From positions 3,844,001 through 3,908,000 of the forward strand of contig OX597818.1 of NCBI GenBank assembly GCA_951406725.2: a stretch of 64,000 nt of DNA, given 5' to 3'. The stretch comes from Octopus vulgaris (taxonomy: Eukaryota). The first letter of the stretch is position 1. Each line of letters opens with the position of its first letter. The notes under the pieces are model-generated. The model worked only from the letters and a program-made list of their open reading frames with translations. It was not told the origin of the DNA and did not search any database. Positions 46,431 to 59,600 of the stretch are shown here, piece after piece. Position numbers and translations under genes: made by a program.

Positions 46431-46911
46431 ATACGCGCGCGCGCGCACGCACATACACACACACACAGAGTTTTCTAGTCGGAAGGGTAAGGTGTGCCTA
46501 TGAACTTTTGTAGGGCTTTCATGATACTGATGAGGAAGGAAGGAAGGTAGGAAGGAAGGAAGGGAGGAAGGAAGGAAGGAAGGAAGGAAGGAAGGAAGAT
46601 ATCCTCAAGTCGAAAACTCAGTTTTGAACGCTGAAGGGACACACAGTGCCCCGTGGTTGTGTTAAACTGGGTGAATGCTCAAGTCGACCCGAGCGCTCCA
46701 TAGTGATGGAGGTATTGTGAGAAAATGTACATGATGAAAGTTACTTATGAGTGTAAGAGGATGTAAATAAAAATGCCAAAATAACATGAAAAATAAAGAT
46801 AAAATGTATTTATCACTCCCCAAATATTATACAAGTTTGATTACTGTTAATATGTACAATATGCTGTATATATGATTGACTCGTTATTGGTGATTATATT
46901 ATTTTCTATAA

Positions 46912-47305
46912 TGCGCAGGAGTGGCTGTGTGGTAAGTAGCTTGCTTACCAACCACATAGTTCCGAGTTCATTCCCACTACGTGGCACCTTGGGCAAGTGT
47001 CTTCTATAGCCACGGGCCGACCAAAGCCTTGTGAGTGGATTTGGTAGACGGAAACTGAAAAAAGTCCATCGTATATATGTATATATATATATATGTGTGT
47101 GTGTATTTATGTGTTTGTGTTTGTCCCCCCAACATCGCTTGACAACTGATGGTGGTGTGTTTACGTCCCCGTAACTTAGCGTTTCGGCAAAAGAGACCGA
47201 TAGAATAAGTACTAGGCTTACAAAGAATAAGTCCTGGTCGATTTGCTTGACTAAAGGCGGTGCTCCAGCATGACCACAGTCAAATGACTGAAACAAGTAA
47301 AAGAG
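46912..47305 (+). mobile_element. Full-length tRNA-derived CORE-like SINE
   Basis: A-box tggctgtgtggtaag, B-box-like gagttcattcc, caccttgggcaagtg core. Matches 27575-27935. Confidence 0.88.
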
Positions 47306-47332
47306 TTAAAAAGTTACGTACACTACCAAATT

Positions 47333-47805
47333 GGATTTTTCTAAAAGAAGGCCAGTTTTTTCTAGTTAACTAAATAATTTGAAACTTCGTATACTGGTAG
47401 AATGTGTCAAAAGAAAACATTAATTTCAATTAGTTTTTTTGAGAAAAATGTATTTTCTAACTTTTACGTAGTTTAATTCTTCGAATTTTAACCAATCGTA
47501 TTCTCTCTTTTGACCTCAATTCATTTACTGCCGTGTTATTCATCCTTATCAGTCTTCTGTTTTTTGTCTTCAAAGGCTTGTTTATTTCAGTGTCATCCCT
47601 GACTTACGGACCGATTACCTGTGTGTGTGTGTGTTTGTTGTGTATGTGTGTGCGTGTGTGTGTGTGTGCGTAAAAGTTAGAAAATACATTTTTCTTCAAA
47701 AAACTAATTGAAATTAATGTTTTCTTTTGACACATTCTACCAGTATACGAAGTTTCAAATTATTTAGTTAACTAGAAAAAACTGGCCTTCTTTTAGAAAA
47801 GATCC
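47333..47805. mobile_element. MITE with ~135-bp TIRs and 8-bp TSD
   Basis: 47333-47468 is the reverse complement of 47669-47805; TSD accaaatt at 47325-47332 and 47806-47813; GG...CC termini. Confidence 0.92.
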
Positions 47806-48238
47806 ACCAAATTTTATAGATGATGTATATGTATTCCGAACTATCAAAATAAACGATATTTACACATGAATACATGATCTTACAAGCAGGATACTTACAT
47901 TTTCGAAAGGTTTTCAAAAGACAACAATTTTAGTTTATGCAAAAGCAACGCATTTACAACATAACAGCTATTCCGCACAAAGGCTATAAATGTCCATAAA
48001 AAGCGTTATTGAAATTCACTGCAAAAATTACTGTAGAAGATTATTTCTCGTACAGACATAAGGAGGCACCATTAAACCGTGGCTTTCTGATTTTCAATCT
48101 GTAATTTTAAATTCCTTCTTTCTTTCCTCCCAACTTTTTCTTTGTTTTTCTTTCGCTTAAATCAAGAAATACATACGTGCATGATGTAAATAGACATCGT
48201 TCGTGCGTTTGTACTTGTTTTAGCTTTAAAGTTTTAGG

Positions 48239-48292
48239 ATTAGGGTTAGGGTTAGGGTTAGGGTTTTAAGGTTAGGGTTTTAGGGTTAGGGT
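48239..48292 (+). repeat. Interstitial telomere-like (TTAGGG)n inside a partial MITE-like element ending at 48571
   Basis: About 8 imperfect TTAGGG units. Downstream arm (...cgaagtttgaaagtgtttagtta...aaagatcc) resembles the right TIR of the 47333 MITE. Confidence 0.8.
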
Positions 48293-48859
48293 TGTCATAA
48301 ATAACAGTGACAAACGAAATATACACCGCCGGAAGTTCTTGTTCACAAACAACAGCAGTAATTTTATTCAGCTGAATACACGTCATTGATTGGTTGAAAT
48401 TACCGAAATACTACAACTTTAATGTGAAATAACTTCCTAAATATAAGCGTTTCTCAAAAATGCTAAGAGTAAAAGATGTTTTATATGACACATCCTGTCA
48501 GTGTGCGAAGTTTGAAAGTGTTTAGTTACAAAAAATATTTTTTAAATCTGTCGGTCTAACGGTAAAGATCCGATTGATTTCTTTTTCTGAAAGCCCCAAC
48601 TTATCCAAATTGTCATTTAGGCATTTACTCTTAAAACCAAACGCACCAATTATTATTGGTATGAACGTTATAATTTAGGTATGGAAGCTGAAGATTTCGA
48701 AGCAATTGCCCACATTTATCCGCTTACTCTTTGATTACCGAAGAGATATTCACATCAGTAGGGGAGCTGACCTTGATGTTACATACATTTTCTTGACTAT
48801 ACCATGCAGCATTATCCGGCTTCTTATGTTTGCAGATCAAGTCCGTTGTTTGGGCATTC

Positions 48860-49219
48860 GTTCTGTCTGCTTGTGTGTGTGTGTCTTCGAGCATCCTCCA
48901 TCCGATTGCGCTTAAATTTGATTTGTAGATACCGACGGTATCAGGGCGCGTATAAATCTTGAAAAAATTACAAAAATCGATTCCAGGTGAGAATGCGATC
49001 GATAAAGCAGTGGAAACGTGCATTTGAACGCGTAAGTACATCAGCTGTTGCGATCGATATTACGAGTAGGCGAGAAAACGCACGTGCAGTTTGCGCAAAA
49101 AAGCCGGCTGGCTTGAAATAAGGCCACAAAATGGGACGGTCGGACAAGTTGTTTTGAGAAAATTTGGTTTAAATGCTTGACAACTCAGCACCATCGATTG
49201 GACGGGGGGAATTTTGCTC

Positions 49220-49221
<2 letters not shown>
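48860..49221 (+). mobile_element. Non-autonomous Helitron-like element
   Basis: gtct/gt microsatellite head, ccgatt..aaattt motif, 3' end gctcgt resembling CTAGT. Abuts an R4 RLE fragment (48720-48860). Confidence 0.45.
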
Positions 49222-49279
<58 letters not shown>

Positions 49280-49488
49280 ACAAATTTAGAATAATGGTCA
49301 TTATATATCATTCTTTTATTATATCTGTTTCAATATATATATACACACACACATACACACACTATATATATATATAAGAAACAAGTTTAGAATAATGGTC
49401 ATTATATATCATTATTTTATTATATCTGTTTCAATACACACACACACACATACACACACACACACACTCACACACACACACTCACACA

Positions 49489-49536
<48 letters not shown>

Positions 49537-49659
49537 AACAGCTGTAATAAAGGAATTATATGTCATAACCATTATTTTAAACTTGTTTCTTACATATATA
49601 TATATATATATATATATGCTGTTTGCTAAGTCATTGGTTCTTTTTTTACCCTCGTATAG

Positions 49660-50514
49660 GTCTTCTCTACCATCTTCCTTATATTGGAACTGTTCTTTCA
49701 TTCCATTTCTGGGTTTTCGTATCATCTCTACTGTTTGGCTACACAAGGTACAAGATTCATCCTCCTACTGATGACGATGACAACACTCACATCAACCTCC
49801 ATCATGGCCGTAACCATCACGACGATCGCCGCTGCTACAACTACGACGACCACTACGAACGCGATACCAAGATGACCGATAAAGAAGATGGCTACAACGG
49901 TGACACCGATGACCCAGTCACTAATTACATTTCACGTAATACAGGTGTTGGTGGTGGTGGTGGTGGTGTTGTTGGTGGTGGTGGTGGTGGTGGTGGTGGT
50001 GGTGGTGGTGGTGGTGGTGGTGGTGGTGGTGGTGGTGGTGGTGGTGGTGGTGTTGTTGGTGGTGGTGGTGGTGGTGTTGTTGTTGGTGGTGGTGGTGGTG
50101 GTGGTGGTGGTGGTGGTGGTGGTGGTGGTGGTGGTGGTGGTGGTGGTGGTGGTGGTGGTGGTGGTTGGGAGTAGTGCTAATGATAACACCTCTACTCCTG
50201 TTGCTACTACTTATACAGGTGAGGCTATGAAATCCCTCAGCTTTAATGATGCCATTGGTAACTTTAGGCGCAATACTGAATGGTTTAGGCCGCTAAAGTT
50301 TACTCATGATAATAGTAAGATGTTCACTTCTTTGAGTACTAAGCAGTCTAACAGTAGCATTGGTTATCTAAACTCGAAAAAAAATCGGGCAGCGATGACA
50401 GCCAACAAGATGTCTCTTAGTAGTGATTCTGATTCGGATACCATATATCCTAGTCGTCGATTCAATGCCCAGCGGGAGCAACAGCCTCTAATTAGAACAT
50501 ATCATCTGTATTAA
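49660..50514 (+). CDS. Probable terminal exon of the Ig gene: TM helix, D/H-rich segment, poly-Gly and Ser/Thr-rich tail (frameshift near 50166 in this assembly)
   Basis: tttttttaccctcgtatag acceptor; phase 1 matches 27110. GLLYHLPYIGTVLSFHFWVFVSSLLFGYTRYK is hydrophobic followed by basic residues. The inverted copy reads poly-Gly directly into SSASGNTSTP; stop position uncertain. Confidence 0.65.
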
Positions 50515-50804
50515 GATAAAGGCGGAGGCGGGGTGGCTTACAATGACCTGGTGGGTAAGTGTGCTGATGTGGGAGGGTTTAGGAGAGAGATGGGGGTGTT
50601 GGTTTGAAGTGTAGCTTGCTTTTATTTCTAGGAACGTATAGCGTTCAGTTAACGTTGGTTTGAAGTTACAGACATCGCTCCATGTTTGGTCATGGTTTAC
50701 GGGTGCGTGCGTGCGCCTGTGTGTGTGTATGTGTCTGCATGCGTTCATATACGTATGTGTGTATATATAGTTACATACACACGCGCGCGCAAGCACATAC
50801 ACAC

Positions 50805-50837
<33 letters not shown>

Positions 50838-52833
50838 TGTATGTATGTATGTATGTATGTATGTATGTATGTATGTATGTGTTGTGTGTGTGTATGTGTG
50901 TGTGTATGTGTATGTATGTATGTGTGTGTGTATGTGTATGTATGTATGTATGTATGTATATATGTATTAAAAGAGGTGTGTATCTTTCTTGGAGTTGGCG
51001 GCAAGCTACCAGGAGTGGGGAGTAGGGAAGAAAGAAAGAGCAAAGAAAGTGAATTTAAAAATAGAAAAAAAGAAAAAGAATTAGAACAACAGCAACAACA
51101 ACAATTAACTAAGAAAGAACTTTTGTATGAACATCAATCTCATCATGAGTATTATCATTAACAGGAACAACAACTAGTTGGCGTTCTGTAGCTGAAATTG
51201 TAAATAGATGAGGCAGGAAAAAGTTGTTGGAATGTTTCATTTGTTGGTAGGGTACGTTGCGACGCTGCTGGGGGGGGAGAGCTATCAGTGGTGGTGGTGG
51301 TGGTGGTGGTGGTGGTGGTGGTTGGGGTTGGGGTGGTGATGGGTATTGATGGTGGCTGTAGCGTTGACTGTGGTGGTTTCAAGATGGGATGAAAGTATAC
51401 AGCATCACCACCAAGCCCACCACCACTACCAACGCCGTCGCCAGTACTGTCGCCGCCGCCGCCGCTGCCAGCAAGCTATCTTTGGAGCTAGACCAGGAAA
51501 TCAGATGGAATAGCAACTATTTAAAGAAGCAGCAACAGAGAAACTAAGATGCTGCTGATAATGCTGTCTTATCCACTTGATGTTACTCAACAAATTTATT
51601 TAGGATCTTTAATCATCATCATCATATCATCAGTAGCAGTAGTACCACCACAACCACAACAACAATCATTATTATCATCATCATCAACAACCACAATAAC
51701 AACAACAACAACAGTGCGATCTAATTCTTTTCTCTTGTATTTAGTTTTTCTTACCGTTTTGTTTTTTCAGGGAAGTTGAAATAAAAAGTAGTTTATATCA
51801 AATTCGTTCGTCCTTTCTTAATTTTTTGTCCCTATAGGAAAGGACTGGCTGTAAATATGTGCACTTCATATTTTACATAATCTATCTTGACGACTGGGAT
51901 TTGAACCGAAATCAATGAATTCGGTTCAAATCCCGGTGCAGTTACACCTTCCCATCTGGATCCATTAATAATAATAATAATAATAATATATATATATATA
52001 TATAATCTATTAATATATAATATATATATATATACATAGGACATACATATTTGATATAGCTATTTATATATATATATATTCCCTGAAAAACAAAACGATA
52101 AGAAAAACTATACAAGGTGTGTGATCGCACTGTTATGTTGTCATGTGGTTGCTTGATGATGATGAAATTTTTTGTTGTTATGTTATATATGCTACTGAGA
52201 TATGTGATATATTAAAGATCCTTAAATATTGTTGTACTTAATATAACAGCATTATCAGCATCTTATGTTTCTCGTTGCTGTAAATAGTTGCTATTCCATT
52301 ATTTCCTGGTCTAGCTCCAAAATTAGTTCTTTCATAGCACGCCACATATTCACATGGTATTTCTGGTGGTGAGTATACTTTATGTTTGAAAAAAATAATT
52401 CAAAATAACATCATGGAACCCTTTAACCAAAATACACCACCCATAAGCAGCGTAAACATATACCACAAGTATAAATATTCAACTTTTTCCTGATCATAAC
52501 AATTTGCTAAACGAACTAGCTGTTGCCTAAGCATGGAATACTCATGACGCATATGATATATCTAGTTCTTTCTTAATGTGTGTGACTGTTGTTCTAATTC
52601 TTTTTCTTTTTTTCTATTTTTAAATTCCTTTCTTGCTCTTTCTTTCTTCCCTACTCCCCACTCCTGGTAGCTTGCCGCCAACTCCGAAAGGACATACACG
52701 CCTCTTTTAATACATATATACATACATACATACATACATACACATACACACACACATACATACATACACATACACACACACATACACACACAACACATAC
52801 ATACATACATACATACATACATACATACATACA

Positions 52834-52866
<33 letters not shown>

Positions 52867-53254
52867 GTGTGTATGTGCTTGCGCGCGCGTGTGTATGTAA
52901 CTATATATACACACATACGTATATGAACGCATGCAGACACATACACACACACAGGCGCACGCACGCACCCGTAAACCATGACCAAGCATGGAGCGATGTC
53001 TGTAACTTCAAACTAACGTTAACTGAACGCTATACGTTCCTAGAAAATAAAAGCAAGCTACACTTCAAACCAACACCCCCATCTCTCTCCTAAACCCTCC
53101 CACATCAGCACACTTACCCACCAGGTCATTGTAAGCCACCCCCGCCTCCGCCTTTATCTTAATACAGATGATATGTTCTAATTAGAAGACTGTTGCTCCC
53201 ACTGAGCATTGAATCGACGACTAGGATCACTGTCGTATCCGAATCAAGTCACTA

Positions 53255-54016
53255 CTAAGAGACATCTTGTTGGCTGTCATCGCTGCCCGATTTTTTTTTC
53301 GAGTTTAGATAACCAATGCTACTGTTAGACTGCTTAGTACTCAAAGAAGTGAACATCTTACTATTATCATGAGTAAACTTTAGCGGGCTCAACCATTCAG
53401 TATTGCGCCTAAAGTTACCAATGGCATCATTAAAGCTGAGGGATTTCATAGCCTCACTATAAGTAGTAGCAACAGGAGTAGAGGTGTTACCGCTAGCACT
53501 ACTCCCACCACCACCACCACCACCACCACCACCACCACCGCCACCACCACCACCACCACCACCACCGCCACCACCACCACCAACAACAACACCACCACCA
53601 CCACCACCAACAACACCACCACCCACCACCACCACCACCACCACCACCGCCACCACCACCACCACCACCACCACCGCCACCACCACCACCAACAACACCA
53701 CCACCACCACCACCAGCACCTGTATTACGTGAAATGTAATTAGTGACTGGGTCATCGGTGTCACCGTTGTAGCCATCTTCTTTATCGGTCATCTTGGTAT
53801 CGCGTTCGTAGTGGTCGTCGTAGTTGTAGCAGCGGCGATCGTCGTGATGGTTACGGCCATGATGGAGGTTGATCAAAGATCGAAGCCAGCTGTTGTCATC
53901 GTCATCAGTAGGAGGATGAATCTTGTACCTTGTGTAGCCAAACAGTAGAGATGATACGAAAACCCAGAAATGGAATGAAAGAACAGTTCCAATATAAGGA
54001 AGATGGTAGAGAAGAC
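53255..54016 (-). pseudogene. Inverted second copy of the TM/poly-Gly terminal exon
   Basis: ORFs 53499-54062 and 53255-53776 repeat the 49660 exon peptide with a few indels and substitutions. Confidence 0.6.
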
Positions 54017-54092
54017 CTATACGAGGATAAAAAAAGGAAGACAATGACTTAGCAAACAGCACATATATATATATATATATATATATATAGCT

Positions 54093-54192
54093 NNNNNNNN
54101 NNNNNNNNNNNNNNNNNNNNNNNNNNNNNNNNNNNNNNNNNNNNNNNNNNNNNNNNNNNNNNNNNNNNNNNNNNNNNNNNNNNNNNNNNNNN
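54093..54192. other. Assembly gap (100 N)
   Basis: Run of N. Confidence 1.
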
Positions 54193-54718
54193 CCTCTATG
54201 CAGAATATAACTCTACTGGGAAAGACTCAAGAGATTAAAACTATATTCCTATGGAGCGTAGGCAGGAAAGATATGCCATAATATACATCTGGAAGATCCT
54301 GGAGGGAAGTGTCCTGAACTTTGGCATCGAGAGTTACACAAATGCCAGAACTGGGCGCACTGCGTGGTGCCTAGGACTCCAAATTTGCCATCAAGATGTA
54401 GGACAAGATACTGTGATAGCTTGGGCTTCCGAGGCCCACAGCTCTTCAATATCCTCCCGAAGAACCTAAGAGACCTGCATGGGGTGGATGCAGATGTCTT
54501 TAAAATGAAACTGGATCTCCTCCTGTCAGGTGTCCCAGATGAACCAACTTCACGGCAGGAGGTGCAGATGAGGGCAGCTGCATCGAACTCTCTCATGCAC
54601 CAAATGGCAGTTGCTAAAAAGCTTTCGTGAAGTAAAACCATGTAGCAACACCAAATGGCGGTGCCCCAGCATGGCCACAGCTCATGAGCTGGAAACTAGA
54701 ATCAATCAATCAATCAAT
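54193..54718 (+). mobile_element. CR1-group LINE 3' end with (CAAT)n tail
   Basis: YWERLKRLKLYSMERRQERYAIIYIWKILEG...GPQLFNILPKNLR..FKMKLDLLL..VPDEP. Confidence 0.85.
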
Positions 54719-55343
54719 ATACATATATACATATATACACATATATATATACATACATATATATACACACACATATATATATATATATATATACATATAT
54801 ATACATATATATATACATATATATACATATATATATACATATATATATATACATATATATACATATATATATATACATATATATACATATATATATATAC
54901 ATATATACATATATATATATATACATATATACATATATACATATATATATACATATATACATATATATATATACATATATATATACATATATATATACAT
55001 ATATATATACATATATATATACATATATACATATATATATATACATATATGTAAACAAATTCAAAATGCGATAAAATGAAATTAATTATTATCGCTGGTG
55101 TTTCTATATATACATATATATATATATTGCTGGTGTTTCTATATATACATATACATAAATATGAGAGAGTAACCACTATGTGAGTGGAGTCTAGTGCTAA
55201 AAATAGATCCGCTATCCCTGGTTTTATGTGCTAAGCCACTTGGTGTTAAATTGATGCTATTATTAAATTAATATCAAATTTTTCACCCTCAATTTGCTCA
55301 TTGTAAAATATATATACATATATATATATACATATATATATAC

Positions 55344-55374
<31 letters not shown>

Positions 55375-55429
55375 CATATATATATACATATATATATATA
55401 CATATATATATACATACATATATATATAC

Positions 55430-55460
<31 letters not shown>

Positions 55461-55461
55461 C

Positions 55462-55518
<57 letters not shown>

Positions 55519-55519
55519 C

Positions 55520-55582
<63 letters not shown>

Positions 55583-55599
55583 GCTGGGTAATATCTATC

Positions 55600-55860
55600 A
55601 ATTACATGTACATATTTGAGTTCTTGCAGTCTAAAGTTCCTGGTATTTTGTTCTGACACTATTGTGCATATCCTTCTTGCAAGGTTGAAGGATGTTCAAT
55701 TATTAGTGTGTCTTGGAGTGTATGAATTACAATATAGAATATTGTTTGGCGTCTGTGGCTTTGTAAAACATGTCTGTTTCTATTTTAAGGTTAATATTTT
55801 TTTAATTAGTATATAAGAACGGGAGCTCCTTTTGTTGTATTCCATTGTGGACATACTATC
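55600..55860 (-). mobile_element. Penelope-like fragment (RT thumb region), inverted
   Basis: Reverse translation [25 protein letters not shown]. Confidence 0.7.
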
Positions 55861-55919
55861 TCTTCCTGTCAGGTGTCCCTGGATGAACCAACTTCACACA
55901 GGAGCCTGGAGGACAGAGA

Positions 55920-56758
55920 TCTATTAGAGATAAAGTCAGCTCTGTTCAATTTTAAATCAGAAATAGAGCTTCTAAGACTCAGGGCCTCCACAAATGAAGA
56001 AAAACTTACAAAAACATAGACGAGGAGATGCACAATCTAATACTAAAACATACCGAACAATATAATACATTGGATCATTGGAAGGATTCCTGTGAGAGAG
56101 ATTGAAGAGAGAAATTCTATCCTACGCTGGGAGAAAAACATGGACTTCTTCCAACAAATATAGTGAAACCTTCATAAAAATGAAATTATACAAATAATCC
56201 CTTATTAAGAAAATTACAATAAATATAAAAGAAAAAATCTAACAACCCACGAACAACCCCCAACTATCCTCCATACACTAAAAACAGAAATCACCCACAA
56301 CCAACCTTTACAAACCACGTATAAACTTAATATGAAACTAGCTGACAGAGGACAGCGTCTATAAAAGAAATTACACAAAATATAGAACAATATATACAAC
56401 ATCCTAATACCAGACCCATATATATATATACAATACGACACTATATATATATATATACATCCATATATATATATCACTACTACTATATATACCAAATATA
56501 CTGGTCCCCACTAAACATATATAGACAAACGCATATATATATATACATATTATATATACATATATATATATATACATACACCATATAGCATTAACATATA
56601 TATATTACATACACATATATACATACAATATACCACTATATATACATATATATATATACATACTCATATATATACAAAATTACATATATATATATACATA
56701 TATATAGCCAGGGACCATATATATACACAGGCTATATAGTATATAAGGATATATATAC

Positions 56759-56789
<31 letters not shown>

Positions 56790-57103
56790 CATATATATAT
56801 ATTACATATATATATATATACAATATATATACACCAACTATATATATATATATATATATATAACTCAAGGATAATATACATATATATATATACATATATA
56901 TATATACATATATATATATATACATATATATACATATATATATACATATATATACATCATATATATATACATATATATATATACATATATATATACATAT
57001 ATATATACATATATATATACATATATATATACATATATATATACATATATACCATACTATACATATACATATATATATAACCCATATATATTTAACACTA
57101 CAC

Positions 57104-57170
<67 letters not shown>

Positions 57171-57279
57171 CATATATATATACATATATATACATCATAT
57201 ATATACATATATATATACATATATATATACATATATATATATACATATATATACATATATATACATACCAACTACATAC

Positions 57280-57312
<33 letters not shown>

Positions 57313-57371
57313 CATATATATATAAACATATATATATATACATACATATATATATATACATATATATATAC

Positions 57372-57458
<87 letters not shown>

Positions 57459-57594
57459 ATACAATATATATACATACATATATATATATACGATATATAT
57501 ATATATACACACAGATATATATACATATATATATATATACATACATATATATATATACATACATATATAGATATGTTAAACCATATATATATAC

Positions 57595-57626
<32 letters not shown>

Positions 57627-58510
57627 TGATGTACATACTTGTATACAGTATACATATATATATATACATACAGTATATATATATACATAACCATATATAT
57701 ATATACACATACCATATATATATATCAGTATAGGAATTCATATATACTAAATCAATTGAATTATATACATATATATATACTATATGTTTGACAATACATT
57801 GTACCGTCAACATAATCCGGAATTGCTATGGGTACAAGGGCAGCACCGGTCACCAGAACTTAACAATGGGATACATGTATATATAATCATTTACCATATA
57901 TCTCTATACATATCTATATATACATATACATATATCATATACATATATATATACATATATATACGATATCCTTGAATATTGTTTCATATCTGGAATGAAA
58001 ACATATATATATACTCCATATATATATATACATATACCTATATATACAGCATATAAACCCAAATATACAGTTCACATATGGATATACAACCATATATATA
58101 TATACTTGGATATACTATATATAAAAAAATATATACCTTAAAATAGAAACAGACATATATATATACATATAATATATATATATACAATACCTTCTTATAT
58201 ACATATATAATATCATATACCCAAGACACACTAAAACAAACATATATCAATATGCAATATATATATACATATATATATATACATATATATACCATATACA
58301 TATATATACATATGCATAGAACTCAAGAAACATATATATAGACATTACCCAGCTCATATGATAGAGGATGGGATCAGATACAGAATATATACATATATAT
58401 ATATATATATACATATATATACAATACAACATATATATATATATATAATGCTATGTACATATACTATATACATACATACAAAGAAGCCTTCATATCATAC
58501 AGAATATATA

Positions 58511-58557
<47 letters not shown>

Positions 58558-58931
58558 TATAAACATACACCAATATCATATATATAAGCTATATACATAT
58601 ATATCATATATACATGTATTCTCACAATAGGCAAAATATATGTATAAAATTACGGATGCAAAAGTATATAAAAATGTGGTAGATCGAACTGTGCAACATG
58701 TGTAATATTGGAAGGATCAGAGAATTCTTCTTTAAAGAGGAACAGAAATTCACATCATATATATCTAACTTTACTTGTATATACAAACATAATTTATGTT
58801 ATTAAATGTATTGCCACCAAGACTACGTGGGTTCAACGGGACTATCACTATATATGCACACTGCATCGACAATATATATGTATTATACATATATATATAT
58901 ATATATGTATATAGTGAGCACATGAGAAATG

Positions 58932-59005
<74 letters not shown>

Positions 59006-59340
59006 TTCATGTATATATATATGCTATATGTATCAACCATCCGAACATACTGACACAGAGAAATTAACAAGGAAAAAGGAAAAAAAAAATTTTAAGCGAT
59101 TATCTCCCTTACACCGGAAGAAATCACTCATTATTGTATTTAGAAATCTCCTGTTAATAAACACAACGATAACTCCATGCAATATAAACATAACGTCATA
59201 GAAATTTGAAAAGCTACAGGAAACCGGTAATTTCTTTAAAAATTTTAAAATTATGTCATTTTAAGGAAAGGATTTTTACAATATTCTCGCCATTTTGACA
59301 CAAATACATATATTTTTTAACATTTAAGCCTTCTGTCGTT
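55920..59340 (+). mobile_element. Penelope-like element (RT + GIY-YIG) obscured by TA-like sequence
   Basis: Collinear motifs: LADRG (~56340), [17 protein letters not shown] (57787-57850), NPNIQFT (58056), IETDIY (58143), PRHTKTNI (58220), NIIYVIKC..CHQDYVGSTG (58787-58842). Confidence 0.75.
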
Positions 59341-59377
59341 TTCACACTTTACTATTTTCTCATATATATATATATAT

Positions 59378-59556
<179 letters not shown>

Positions 59557-59600
59557 ATATATATATATATATGTATGTATATATATATGTATATATATAT

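Larger units (their letters stand above)
49600..54090. repeat. ~4.5-kb inverted duplication (palindrome) centred at ~51915
   Basis: 49600-51910 is mirrored by 51920-54090. Apex hairpin actgggatttgaaccgaa/ttcggttcaaatcccggt. The right arm is degraded near the apex and ends at the N-gap. Confidence 0.95.

Noticed and set aside
46912-46990. tRNA gene
   Set aside because: It is a tRNA-derived SINE head without a complete cloverleaf and continues into the SINE body.
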